A stretch of 64,000 nt of DNA from an uncultured Actinomycetota bacterium (GTDB lineage Bacteria > Actinomycetota > Actinomycetes > Mycobacteriales > Micromonosporaceae), in NCBI GenBank assembly GCA_963727415.1, contig CAVSGF010000010.1, positions 354,902 through 418,901 of the forward strand, written 5' to 3'. The translations under genes and the position numbers were made by a program. Shown in pieces: positions 46,781-56,828 of the stretch. Below the pieces are notes generated by a model. That model was not told the DNA's origin and searched no databases. It saw nothing but the letters and a program-made list of their open reading frames with translations. Each line of letters starts with the position of its first letter. Position 1 is the stretch's first letter.

Positions 46781-48008
46781 GTGTTGCTGTTCGTAGGAGA
46801 TGACTGGGCCGAGGACCACCACGACGTCGAGTTGATGGACGCCGGCGGGCGACGGCTGGCCAGGGCCCGGCTGCCCGAGGGTGTGGCGGGGATCGCCCGG
46901 TTGCACGCGATGATCGGCGCGCAGCTCGGCGAGGATGCCGAGGACGCTGCCGGGCAGGTGACGGTCGGGATCGAGACCGATCGGGGTCCGTGGGTGCAGG
47001 CGTTGATCGCTGCCGGGTACATGGTGTTCGCGGTCAATCCGTTGCAGGCGGCCCGGTATCGGGAGCGTCTCGGCGTGTCGGGTGCCAAGAGCGACGCGGG
47101 TGATGCGCACGTGCTGGCCGACATGGTGCGCACCGACTCGCATCAGCTGCGTCCGGTCGCGGGTGACACGGCCGAGGCGGAGGCGGTCAAGGTGGTGACC
47201 CGGATGCACAAGACGCTGATCTGGGAGCGGACCCGGGCCGGGCAGCGGTTGCGGCACGCGTTGCGGGAGTACTTCCCGGCCGCGTTGGAGGCGTTCGAGG
47301 ACCTCGACGCCGCCGACACCCTGGAACTCCTCGCGAAGGCCCCGGACCCGGCCGCCGCGGCCAGGCTGACGACCGCGCAGATCAGCGCGGCTCTCAAACG
47401 CGCCCGCCGCCGCGACATCGCGGCCAAGGCCGCGACGATCCAGGCGGTGCTGCGCGGCGAGCACTCGGGCAGCCCGCTGTCGTCACCGCCGCCTACGCCG
47501 CGTCGGTCCGTGCACTGGTCGCGATCCTGCGCACCCTCAACGAGCAGGTCACGATCCTGCAAGGGCAGGTCGAGGCCTATTTTGGCCGGCACCCGGACGC
47601 TGAGATCATCCTGTCCCAGCCCGGCCTGGGACCGTCCTCGGCGCCCGGGTGCTCGCCGAGTTCGGCGACGACCACGGCCGCTACATCTCGGCGAAGGCCC
47701 GCAAGAACTACGCCGCGACCAGCCCGATCACCCGCGCGTCCGGGAAGAAGAAGACCGTCGCGGCCCGGTTCGTGCACAACGACCGACTCATCGACGCGCT
47801 GATGACCCAGGCATTCGCGTCGCTGCAGCGATCGCCCGGCGCCCGCGCCTACTACGACCAGCAACGCGCCCGCGGCGCCAGCTACAACGCCGCGCTGCGC
47901 CAGCTCGCCAACCGACTCGTCGGCATCCTGCACGGATGCCTCAAGACCGGCACACCCTACGACGAGGCAACCGCCTGGTCGCACCACCTCATGAAGGCTA
48001 CTGCTTGA
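46781..48008 (+). pseudogene. IS110-family transposase, disrupted by two 1-bp frameshifts (near 47461 and 47634)
   Basis: The N-terminus LLFVGDDWAEDHHDVELMD (DEDD type) is in one frame. The C-terminus YISAKARKNYAATSPITRASGKK... is in another. The middle segment reads ...LGQPAVVTAAYAASVRALVAILRTLNEQVTILQGQVEAYFGRHPDAEIILSQPGLGP in the third frame. Confidence 0.65.
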
Positions 48009-48537
48009 CATTCAAGCTCCTGGGATGTCTCTCTGTCCGGCCGGCGAATTCCGCCTCGCGAGTCAGCAACTCCTCGATCATGCGGACCGCCTCGGGTACC
48101 GCCGCCGCCACCGGCGGACTCAACTCCATGCCGACATCGACGGACTGCGGCTCGACCGCGACCACGACGGTCCGGTCGGGCCGGGCCCGCATCTGTTCGA
48201 GCAGTGCGAACACGTCGTCCGGAGCCAGGCCGTGAGCGTCGACGACCGGCCGCGCCGGCATCGCGGTCGCCGCTTCCACCTCGATGACCGATACCGTGCC
48301 GGGCACCTGCCCGTGCGGCGCCGCGTCCACCAGGATCAACAACGCACACCCATCCATCAGGTCCAGCGCCAGGTGAATGCCGCGGATCCCGACGTCGATC
48401 ACCTCCGGGTTGCCCGGCAGTTCCCGTCCGGCCAGCGCGCGCGCCACCTCAACCCCGAACCCGTCGTCGCCGAGGAAGACATTGCCGACGCAGGCCACCA
48501 TGGTCCGTCCGGCGGCGCCGGCCTCGATCCGGCTCAT
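47998..48537 (-). CDS. [NiFe]-hydrogenase maturation endopeptidase (HupD/HybD-like)
   Basis: MVACVGNVFLGDDGFGVEVARAL signature. The last roughly 4-20 codons overlap the IS110 right end. Confidence 0.65.
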   Translation of the reverse strand: MSRIEAGAAGRTMVACVGNVFLGDDGFGVEVARALAGRELPGNPEVIDVGIRGIHLALDLMDGCALLILVDAAPHGQVPGTVSVIEVEAATAMPARPVVDAHGLAPDDVFALLEQMRARPDRTVVVAVEPQSVDVGMELSPPVAAAVPEAVRMIEELLTREAEFAGRTERHPRSLNVKQ

Positions 48538-50069
48538 GATCGATCGCCATCCGAGTCCGGGACCGCCTCCACCTCGTCGGGAGCGAAGTACAGGAACCGG
48601 CCGTGTACCCGGTGCAGATCGGCGGACGGATCATCGATCAAGGTCACCGCCAGGTAGGTAACGTCGTCGACGTCTCGCAGCACCGCCTCGACCACAGCGA
48701 GCCGGCCACGCAGGAACATGTCCTGAGCGTCGGCACGGCGCCGGCCCGGGCGCAGCCGCACCGTGGCACCGCGCCGGACCAGCACGCCGCCGATATCGAC
48801 GCTGTCCGTCTCCGGCGACACCGACCGGTCCCCGCCCGGATCCCACCATGGCGGTTCCGGCGGGCCGGATGGCGGGTCGCCCGGACCCGGGCGGCTGAGG
48901 CGATCAAGGTCGCCGCCCAGGTCCGCCCCTGGGCCCACGCCGAGACCCGAGCCGGTTTCGCGACGCGGGCCCGCCCCGGGTCCGACCGGATCCGGCACGG
49001 CGGCACCGTTTCCGGCAAGCGCCCGCAGGTAGCGCACCGCTCCGTGCAGCCGGTCGAGGGTGGCGGCATCCAGATGGTCGGCCCGGTCTATCACCGCCGC
49101 CGCCCGTGGATCGGTCGCCCGGGCCTGTGCCTTCTCCTCGTCGGTGAGCGCCAGCGTTCGTAACGTCAGGATCTCGTCGATCTCGGTGGCGTCGTACATG
49201 TCGCCGGTGCTCTCCGGGGCCACCGACGGGTGGTCGTAGAGGATGATCGGCGACGACAGCACGGTCGAACGGTCGCCGTCGATGCCGGCGAGCACCGGCC
49301 ACGTGCCGGTGTTCTGGCATTCGGCAACCGCCGGGGCCGCCCACTCTGGAGGGTCGACCATCGAGACGAATCCGGCCGTGGAACCAGCTTCCGGCGACAC
49401 CGACAGGATGGTGTGAGCGGCGGTCAGCGCGCCGGCCAGAGCGGCGGTGCGATCGGCCGGCCGCGGCGCGACCGTGGTCCGGTTCACCACCCGTACCCGC
49501 AGGCGCAGTGCCTGCCACGGCCCCGGCACCGGGCACGCCGAGACCTCCACCGCCCCGGTCAGCCGGTGGCGCTGCCGCACGACGCGGCCGGCGACCGTGC
49601 CCCGGGCGTCACGGACCGGCTCATCGTCGCGGCCGCCGGCGATCTCGAACGGCTCGGTGTGCGGACCGTCCAGCAGCCGGCTTACCGCGACCGTCGCGGT
49701 CACTTCGCGCTCAACCGCCTCGTCCCATCCGGTCACCGGAACGCCGTCCACGTTCAGTTCGCCGTCACCGAACCGCCCGGTCGACGGATCGCGCACCTCG
49801 ACCGAACGCCTCTGCACGTGCAGGAAACGCACCAAAATCCGCACTCGGGTCGTGTCGCGGTACTCCAGCACGCACTCAGTCTGGCTGTCCGCGCGCTCGC
49901 TCGGGTCCAGTTCGGCGTACCCGGGCGGGACCAGCACACCGAACTGCCAGCGACTGTGGTTCTTGCTGGCGCTGGCCCGGTACGGGTAGAGCACGTATCC
50001 CTCGTACAGCAGCGCGTCGGCGACCGCGCGCACCTGGTCGATGGGAGTCTCCGCGGGCACGGTGGTCAT
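48534..50069 (-). CDS. Conserved hypothetical protein of hydrogenase cluster (~512 aa)
   Basis: Internal ATG (MTTVPAETPIDQVRAV...) in an ATGA overlap with the upstream gene. The ORF-track N-terminal extension is rejected. Confidence 0.5.
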   Translation of the reverse strand: MTTVPAETPIDQVRAVADALLYEGYVLYPYRASASKNHSRWQFGVLVPPGYAELDPSERADSQTECVLEYRDTTRVRILVRFLHVQRRSVEVRDPSTGRFGDGELNVDGVPVTGWDEAVEREVTATVAVSRLLDGPHTEPFEIAGGRDDEPVRDARGTVAGRVVRQRHRLTGAVEVSACPVPGPWQALRLRVRVVNRTTVAPRPADRTAALAGALTAAHTILSVSPEAGSTAGFVSMVDPPEWAAPAVAECQNTGTWPVLAGIDGDRSTVLSSPIILYDHPSVAPESTGDMYDATEIDEILTLRTLALTDEEKAQARATDPRAAAVIDRADHLDAATLDRLHGAVRYLRALAGNGAAVPDPVGPGAGPRRETGSGLGVGPGADLGGDLDRLSRPGPGDPPSGPPEPPWWDPGGDRSVSPETDSVDIGGVLVRRGATVRLRPGRRRADAQDMFLRGRLAVVEAVLRDVDDVTYLAVTLIDDPSADLHRVHGRFLYFAPDEVEAVPDSDGDRS

Positions 50070-50719
50070 CTGCTCACCACCTCGGCGGACCGGTCGCCGA
50101 GGAGCGCGGTGATGGCCGCGTCCCAGGTCGGCAGACCGGCACTGGATTTGTACGCGCCGAGCGCGTCGATGGTGTCCCGGCTCAGCCCGAGCCAGCCCCG
50201 GCCGGGAAAGTGACGGTCGACCATCTCGCGCCAGACCGCCACCGGCAGCCGGTACCGGCACTCAGCGCTCCATGGCACCTGCTCGGCGGCGACTCGCGGC
50301 GGGTCACCGGAACGCGTGAGGATGGTGCCGCTGAACAGCAGCAGCAGGGGCACCTCGTCGTCCCGCAGAGCATAGAAGTAGCGGGCCGCGGCCACCTCAA
50401 GGTCGTAGGTGCAGGGCACGTCAAGGTCGACCTGAGTCGCTCCGGAAAACGCGCCGACCATCACCGGCACGGTCGCGAACTGGATCGGCTTCAACGTGTC
50501 CGACCACCGGGACACGTCACCGAACAGATCGGACAGCCCCTCCGCCTCGGACGCCGAATACCGCCGCCGCTGCGGTTCGATCCGGATCTGGCAGCGCAGC
50601 CCGATGCTGTACACGTCGGCGCCGGTGGACTCCGAGACGGTCAGCGCGAAGGTGAGCGTCGGCGTGGCAGCGTACCGATCGGCGCCGGCACCAAGGCATT
50701 CGAAGGTGAGCGCGACCAT
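50066..50719 (-). CDS. Conserved hypothetical protein of hydrogenase cluster (217 aa)
   Basis: Tightly coupled to both neighbours. Confidence 0.5.
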   Translation of the reverse strand: MVALTFECLGAGADRYAATPTLTFALTVSESTGADVYSIGLRCQIRIEPQRRRYSASEAEGLSDLFGDVSRWSDTLKPIQFATVPVMVGAFSGATQVDLDVPCTYDLEVAAARYFYALRDDEVPLLLLFSGTILTRSGDPPRVAAEQVPWSAECRYRLPVAVWREMVDRHFPGRGWLGLSRDTIDALGAYKSSAGLPTWDAAITALLGDRSAEVVSR

Positions 50720-50720
50720 G

Positions 50721-51422
50721 TCAGGCCTCCCCCGGCCGGGCCGGTGCCCCTTGACCCCACACCGAAGCCCGGGCTTTCAACTCGCCCAGGAAGCGGTCCA
50801 GTTCGTCGCGAACCTCGTCGCCGCCGTCGAGGCCGCGCCACGCCCGGCGGACCCCGCCGACGAACCCGTAGCAGGCATCGATCGGCGCCAGGTAAACGGC
50901 CACGGTGCTACCGGTACGGCTGGCGAACACCGCTTGCACGTCCGGCTCGATCGCGGCCAGCATCGGATGCTCGGCAACCAGCCGCTCCCAGCCGGCCAGA
51001 TCCAGCTCGCATTCGGTGGCGCCGCCCGGACTCGGATAGCAGCCGACCACCCGCCCCAAGTCGGAGTTGACGAAGAAGAAGGCGGTACCCACCGGTACCT
51101 GCAACGAATCCCACTCGGCGGCGGTCAGCGGCTCCGGTGCCACCCAGACGTCCTCGGGTATCGCCCGGTGCCGGCCGCGACCCGCGCCCGAAGCGGTGAA
51201 CAACAGGTAGCAGGCTCGGCAGGTGCACATCAGTGATCGCTCGTCCAGATCAACCACGTGACCGTGCCGCTCGTCGAGCGGGGCCGCGCACATCTCACAG
51301 GTCTCGATCGCCGGCGCCGGCCGCGGCGAGCCGGCCGCCGGTCCCGGCCCGGATTCCCACCCGGACGCGCGGCCCGGCGCCCCGCCCGGCACGGCGAAAC
51401 GCCGCAGTCCGGTGGCAGTCAT
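50721..51422 (-). CDS. Cys-motif protein of hydrogenase cluster (CEMC...CTCRAC)
   Basis: ETCEMCAAPLDERHGHVVDLDERSLMCTCRACY suggests a metal-binding site. Its start has a 4-bp overlap with the nifU-like stop. Confidence 0.5.
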   Translation of the reverse strand: MTATGLRRFAVPGGAPGRASGWESGPGPAAGSPRPAPAIETCEMCAAPLDERHGHVVDLDERSLMCTCRACYLLFTASGAGRGRHRAIPEDVWVAPEPLTAAEWDSLQVPVGTAFFFVNSDLGRVVGCYPSPGGATECELDLAGWERLVAEHPMLAAIEPDVQAVFASRTGSTVAVYLAPIDACYGFVGGVRRAWRGLDGGDEVRDELDRFLGELKARASVWGQGAPARPGEA

Positions 51423-52477
51423 CGCCGATCCCCAATCGAGCCGGCCGCCGCGACCGAGCCGGCACGACCGGCCACACCAGCAGGACCGGCCACACCAGCA
51501 GGACCGGCCACACCAGCGGTATCAGCCGGACCGGCCGCCGCGTCTTGGCCGGCCTCTCCGGCCGGATCCGGACCGGAACCGGTCACCGCGACCGCGACGC
51601 GCACCCCGTCGCCGTCCGGCAGCAGCGGCAGCGGGCTCAGGCGCAGCCGCGGCCGGTCCAGGCCGATGCCGGCATGGTGGACATCGAACCGCTGGCCGCA
51701 CCCGGCGCATCGCAATGTGATGCCGGACAGCTCACCGGCCGCAAGCGACGCTCCGCAATCCGGGCACCCGTCCCGGTAGGCGTACTGCTCGCCGCCGGTC
51801 CGGCAGACCAAGACCCGCTGGCCGCCGAGCAGCGCCGCCCACCTACCCGGGTCATCCCCGGGTAAGCCGGTGAGGTGCGCCCAGCCGTCTGAGTCCACCG
51901 CGAACGTGGGCAGTGCCGCATCCGGATCCGGTGGACGCCGGCCGATCCGCAGCAGTGCCGGCCCCGGCGGCGGCGCCTCGACCAAGCCCTCGACCTGGAC
52001 CGATGTCGTCTCCGGCGCGGCGTCGAGTACGGCCCGCTCGATCGCGGTACGGACGGTCACCTCCGATGACGGGCAGCCGCTGCAGCTGCCCTGGAGCCGG
52101 AGGTGCACCACTCCGTCGCCGTCGACGCCGCGGTACTCGACGTCCCCCGCGTGCGATCCGAGGTACGGCCGGACCTCGTCCAGGGCTGCCTGGACCCGGG
52201 TGTCCACGTCATCGGGATGCAGGTCGTGCAGCACCAGCAGGCTTTCCACCAGCGGGTCGGCGACCAGCCGCCGGAGCAGTTCATCGTTGGACGGTCCGGG
52301 ATCGGTCAGTGCCTGCATCACCCGGGCCAGCCCCTCGCCGTACAGCTGGACCAGCGCGGCGACCAGTTCCTCGGCCATCTCGACAGCCCGCTGGTCGCCG
52401 GTGGACCGCAGCTGCTCCAGCAGCCTCTCCACCCGCTCGCCGGTGGCCTGTACGTCGTCATGTCGCCCTCGCCCCAT
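51419..52477 (-). CDS. NifU-domain protein (Fe-S scaffold-like), hydrogenase associated
   Basis: It has the motif CSGCPSS. The C-terminus has a (AGVAGP)n repeat. It starts 14 bp after the large-subunit stop. Confidence 0.55.
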   Translation of the reverse strand: MGRGRHDDVQATGERVERLLEQLRSTGDQRAVEMAEELVAALVQLYGEGLARVMQALTDPGPSNDELLRRLVADPLVESLLVLHDLHPDDVDTRVQAALDEVRPYLGSHAGDVEYRGVDGDGVVHLRLQGSCSGCPSSEVTVRTAIERAVLDAAPETTSVQVEGLVEAPPPGPALLRIGRRPPDPDAALPTFAVDSDGWAHLTGLPGDDPGRWAALLGGQRVLVCRTGGEQYAYRDGCPDCGASLAAGELSGITLRCAGCGQRFDVHHAGIGLDRPRLRLSPLPLLPDGDGVRVAVAVTGSGPDPAGEAGQDAAAGPADTAGVAGPAGVAGPAGVAGRAGSVAAAGSIGDRR

Positions 52478-52491
52478 CAGCGAACCCCCGG

Positions 52492-54291
52492 TCAGGTGGC
52501 GAGCGTGACGGCCATCGGCGCGTGACTGGTCTCCAGCACCTTGCCGCCACCGAGATACATGTGCACGCCACACGGCAGGCACGGGTCGAAGCTGCGGACC
52601 GCCCGCATGATGTCGATGCCCTTGAAGCGGTCCGGCGGATTCTCCTCGAAGATCGGTGTGTTCTGCACCGCGTCCTCGTACGGTCCGGGCGTCCCGTACA
52701 CGTCACGCACGCTGCCGTTCCACGGCGTCGGCGGGTACGGGTGGTAGTTGGCGATCTTGCCGTCGCGGACCACCATGTGGTGTGACAGCACACCGCGAAC
52801 CGCCTCGGTGAAGCCGCAGCTGACCGCCTCGTTCGGCACCGAGAACGGCTCCCAGGTCTTGGTGTTCCCGGCGCGTACCTCGGCCAGCGCCTGCTCGACG
52901 AAGTGCAGCGCGCAGGCGGCGGCGTACGCCTGGAAATAGGTTCGGGCCCGGTTACGCTCGATCGCGTTGCTCCACTTCGGGATCTTCCACTCGAACGTGA
53001 CTTCCGGCTTCGACATGGTCTTCGGCAGGTTGATCAGCACGCTACGGCCGGTCGACTTGACGTACCCGAAGTCGACGAGCTGGCCGAGAGCCGTCGCCCA
53101 CAGCCGGGCGATCGGGCCACCGCCGGTGTCCAGCGCCAGGTGATCCTTGCCGTCGAACCAGCGCGGCGACATGGTCCAGCTGTACGCGTTGTCGAAGTCG
53201 CGCTTGGCCGGCTTGGGAATGGTGTGCTGGTTCCACGGGTGACGCGGGTCGACCTCGTTGCCCAGCGGATCGCGGGGCACGAACAATTCCTTGCCCACCC
53301 AATCCTCGTAGTAGGAGTGGCCGAGCAGGATCCGGATGCCGAGGTTGATGTCGACCAGGCTGTTGGTGACCAGCTTGCCGTCGACCACGACCCCCGGGCT
53401 GACGAACATCTTGCGGCCCCAGTCGGCCATGTTCTCGTAGGTGAAGTCGCAGTACTCGGGGTTGTTCAGGCTGCCCCAGCAGCCCAGCAGTATGCGCCGC
53501 TGCCCGACCTTCTCGTAGCCGGGAAGCGCCTCGTAGAAGAAGTCGAACAGGTCGTCGTGCATCGGCACGACCCGCTTCATGAACTCCACGTAGCGCATCA
53601 GCCGGGTCAGGTAGTCGGTGAACAGCTGGATGGTGGCGACCGTGCCGACCCCGCCCGGGTAGAGCGTCGACGGATGCACGTGCCGGCCTTCCATCAGGCA
53701 GAACATCTCCCGCGTGTACCGGCTGACCTGCAGCGCCTCGCGATAGAACTCGCCCTCCAGCGGGTTCAGCGCGCGCATGATGTCGCCGATCGTGCGATAT
53801 CCGTGGGCGGCCGCGTTCGGCGCCTCGGTGCTGTTGGCACGCTCCAGCACGCCCGGGTTGGTCTCCTTGACCATCCGCTCGCAGTAGTCGACGCCGACCA
53901 GGTTCTCCTGGAAGATGTTGTGGTCGAACATGTACTCGGCGGCCTCGCCCAGGTTGATGATCCATTCGCCGAGGTGCGGCGGGCGCACCCCGTAGGCCAT
54001 GTTCTGGTTGTAGACCGAGCACGTGGCATGGTTGTCACCGCAGATGCCGCAGATCCGGCTGGTGATGAAGTGGGCGTCGCGCGGATCCTTACCTTTCATG
54101 AAGATGCTGTATCCGCGGAAGATCGACGACGTGCTATGGCACTCGACGACTTCCTTTTGCTTGAAGTCAATCTTCGTGTAGACACCGAGACTGCCGACGA
54201 TGCGGGTGATCGGGTCCCACGCCATCTCCACCACATCGGTACGGCTCCGGTCGGCGCCGGCCTTCGCCGGCTGTTCCTTCATCGTCGTCAT
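52492..54291 (-). CDS. hhyL: [NiFe]-hydrogenase large subunit, group 1h/5-like
   Basis: N-terminal RICGICGDNH and C-terminal DPCLPCGVH nickel-binding motifs, with a 22-aa C-terminal extension for protease cleavage. Confidence 0.75.
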   Translation of the reverse strand: MTTMKEQPAKAGADRSRTDVVEMAWDPITRIVGSLGVYTKIDFKQKEVVECHSTSSIFRGYSIFMKGKDPRDAHFITSRICGICGDNHATCSVYNQNMAYGVRPPHLGEWIINLGEAAEYMFDHNIFQENLVGVDYCERMVKETNPGVLERANSTEAPNAAAHGYRTIGDIMRALNPLEGEFYREALQVSRYTREMFCLMEGRHVHPSTLYPGGVGTVATIQLFTDYLTRLMRYVEFMKRVVPMHDDLFDFFYEALPGYEKVGQRRILLGCWGSLNNPEYCDFTYENMADWGRKMFVSPGVVVDGKLVTNSLVDINLGIRILLGHSYYEDWVGKELFVPRDPLGNEVDPRHPWNQHTIPKPAKRDFDNAYSWTMSPRWFDGKDHLALDTGGGPIARLWATALGQLVDFGYVKSTGRSVLINLPKTMSKPEVTFEWKIPKWSNAIERNRARTYFQAYAAACALHFVEQALAEVRAGNTKTWEPFSVPNEAVSCGFTEAVRGVLSHHMVVRDGKIANYHPYPPTPWNGSVRDVYGTPGPYEDAVQNTPIFEENPPDRFKGIDIMRAVRSFDPCLPCGVHMYLGGGKVLETSHAPMAVTLAT

Positions 54292-54298
54292 CTGAAGA

Positions 54299-55387
54299 TC
54301 ACCACGTCTTCTGGTAGCCGGTCAGCAGCTCGGAGTTCTTCCGGCGCCACTTGGGTTCCTTGTCCACCGTGCGGGCGGTGAAGCCGCGCAGGGTCCGGAC
54401 CACGGTGCCGTACATCTGGCTGGCCGTTGATGACACTCGGGCGCCTGGTGGCTCGTCCATGAACGGCATGAACTTGTCCGGGAAGCCGGGCATGGTGCAC
54501 GCGATGCAGATGCCGCCGACGTTGGGGCAGCCTCCGACTCCGTTGATCCATCCGCGTTTCGGGACGTTGCACTTGACCACCGGACCCCAGCAGCCGATCT
54601 TGACCAGGCACTCGGGTGTCCCGTACGAGGTGGCGAACTGTCCCTGCTCGTAATACCCGGCTCGGTCACAGCCCTCGTGCACGGTCTGCTCGAACAGCCA
54701 GCGCGGCCGCAACGCCTCGTCCAGCGGGATCATCGGGGCCTGGCCGGCCACCTGGTACAGCAGGTAAAGGATCGTCTCGGCCAGGTTGTCCGGGTGGATC
54801 GGGCAGCCGGGCACGCACACGATCGGTAGCCCGGCCTTGGACTTCCACTCCCAGCCGAGGTAGTCGGGTACCCCCATCGCGCCGGTCGGGTTGCCGGCCA
54901 TCGCGTGGATACCGCCGTACGTGGCGCAGGTGCCGACGGCCAGCACCGCGGTGGCCTTCGGAGCCAGCCGGTCCAGCCACTCGCTGGTGGTCATCGGCTG
55001 CCCGGTCGCCGGGTTGTTGCCGAAGCCGCACCAGTAGCCCTCGGGCTTGATCGCCTCGTTCGGGATCGAGCCCTCAACCACCAGTACGAACGGTTCCAAC
55101 TCGCCCCGGTCGGCCTTGTGCCACCATTCGATGAACGTGTCGCCCCCCTGCTCCGGACCGCACTCGAAGTCGATCAGCGGCCAGTGCACGGCGACCTTTG
55201 GCAGGCCGGGCAAGGCACCGAGCGCGATCTCCTCGATGCTCGGCTGGGTGGCCGCGGTGAGGGCGACGGAGTCGCCGTCACAACCCAGACCACCGTTCAT
55301 CCAGAGAATGTGCACGACCGGTTCGTCCGTCGACTCCGGCGTACCGGCGCTGTTCTTGTCGGTCTGCGCTACCGGCACCGCGCCCAC
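54299..55387 (-). CDS. hhyS: [NiFe]-hydrogenase small subunit without Tat signal (cytosolic, group 1h/5-like)
   Basis: It has Cys clusters for Fe-S centres (GCDGDS, GTCATYGG, CVPGCP, CWGPVVKC, CIACTMPGFPDKF) and no RRxFxK motif. GTG start. A second GTG at 55378 has better spacing to the GAGGAG SD. Confidence 0.7.
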   Translation of the reverse strand: MGAVPVAQTDKNSAGTPESTDEPVVHILWMNGGLGCDGDSVALTAATQPSIEEIALGALPGLPKVAVHWPLIDFECGPEQGGDTFIEWWHKADRGELEPFVLVVEGSIPNEAIKPEGYWCGFGNNPATGQPMTTSEWLDRLAPKATAVLAVGTCATYGGIHAMAGNPTGAMGVPDYLGWEWKSKAGLPIVCVPGCPIHPDNLAETILYLLYQVAGQAPMIPLDEALRPRWLFEQTVHEGCDRAGYYEQGQFATSYGTPECLVKIGCWGPVVKCNVPKRGWINGVGGCPNVGGICIACTMPGFPDKFMPFMDEPPGARVSSTASQMYGTVVRTLRGFTARTVDKEPKWRRKNSELLTGYQKTW

Positions 55388-56228
55388 CTCCTCGGGTTCT
55401 GCGCTCTGCGCAGCGTCTCGCGCGCGATCCGCCAGCGGACCGAACGCTCGGATAAGTCATTCAGCGGCGGCGCCGACCATTCGGCAAAACGATTGATCAG
55501 CCAACCACAAATCGCCGGCAAATCGCGCCCGCCGCCGTTTCCAGGGAGCCTATACCAGCCACGAAGAACCGGCGCCCTTGCAGCGCATTAGGTGCCAGAT
55601 ATTTGCATCGCACGCGCGCGTCTACCCTCAACGAATGGACGACGTGCCCCTTGTCTACCTAGTGTAATGCGCACTAACGACATCGAGACGGCTGGCGTTG
55701 AGGTCCTGACATGAACCTTTCCAGCCCGCCCGTCCTCAATTCCTGGAATCCGGGAATTCATCCGCGACTGCGTCGCTAATTCGGCGAATAGCGGCGCCTA
55801 CAATGGCGTGATAAACGCACAGGTGACGCATGCTCTGCTGGATGTCGCACCGACCAGGGCAATTCTTGAATCCTGCCGCATCTTCACCGATCGCCGGGAA
55901 ATCGATGTGCTCCGGACACGCGGGACCGCGCCGAGCGACGTGACCGACCCCGACCCGCCGTTCGCCGACTGGATCGCCCGGATGATGCGCCGCGACGGGC
56001 TCACCGCCCAGGCCGCCGCCGCGCGGCTGGGCGTGCCGGCCAAGACGGTGAACCGCTGGGTGGCCGGCATTACCGAGCCGCGGGTGCGGGAACCGCGCCG
56101 GATCAGAGCCGTCTTCGTGAGTTGCCATCCGCGCCTGGTGACGCCGATGAGGCCGGTGAGCCGACCGCGGTGGGCGGCCCCGGCGTGGCACGTTTACCCC
56201 GGTAGGGCGCGGCTCCTACGTTGGACTC

Positions 56229-56828
56229 GTGTCCGCTGGATCGATCCCCGTACCGGCCGGCCGCGTCCGGATCGGGCCGGAGTGCGGCCGGCTGACCGTG
56301 TTCACCGCGAGGGGCGGTGCCGCGGCGCGCCTGGGCCACGATCTGGCCATCGACGTGTCCCGCTGGTCCGGCGACCTGGTTATGCCCGCGGACTCGGCAA
56401 GCGCCGGCACCGGTGCGGTCGACCTGGAGGCGCTCGCGCTGCGCGTGTCAGTGGATCTGACCTCGCTGACGGTGCGCGACGGTACCGGCGGGGCGCTGCC
56501 GCTCACCGATCAGGACAAGCGGGAGATCGATGCCACCATCGCACGGTTGCTGGGTCCCGCGGGGACCGCGACCTTCGAGTCGACGGCGGCACAGCCCCAC
56601 GGCGACGGTGTCCGGTTCGACGCGACGCTGGAGATTGGCCGGGTACGGCAGGCGGTAGGGCTAGTCGTCACGCCGGCCGGCGGCGCCCGATTCCACGGGG
56701 AGTCGTCGCTGCGTCAATCGGCGTTTGGGATCAAACCCTATTCGGCCATGTTCGGCGCCCTGCGCATCCGCGACGAGGTGACCGTACGCGCCGATGTGGA
56801 TCTGGCACGCGCCGGAGCGATCCGGTGA
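56229..56828 (+). CDS. YceI-like domain protein
   Basis: GTG start. It has a beta-barrel YceI-like pattern. Its stop overlaps the next gene's start (GTGA). Confidence 0.5.
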   Translation: MSAGSIPVPAGRVRIGPECGRLTVFTARGGAAARLGHDLAIDVSRWSGDLVMPADSASAGTGAVDLEALALRVSVDLTSLTVRDGTGGALPLTDQDKREIDATIARLLGPAGTATFESTAAQPHGDGVRFDATLEIGRVRQAVGLVVTPAGGARFHGESSLRQSAFGIKPYSAMFGALRIRDEVTVRADVDLARAGAIR

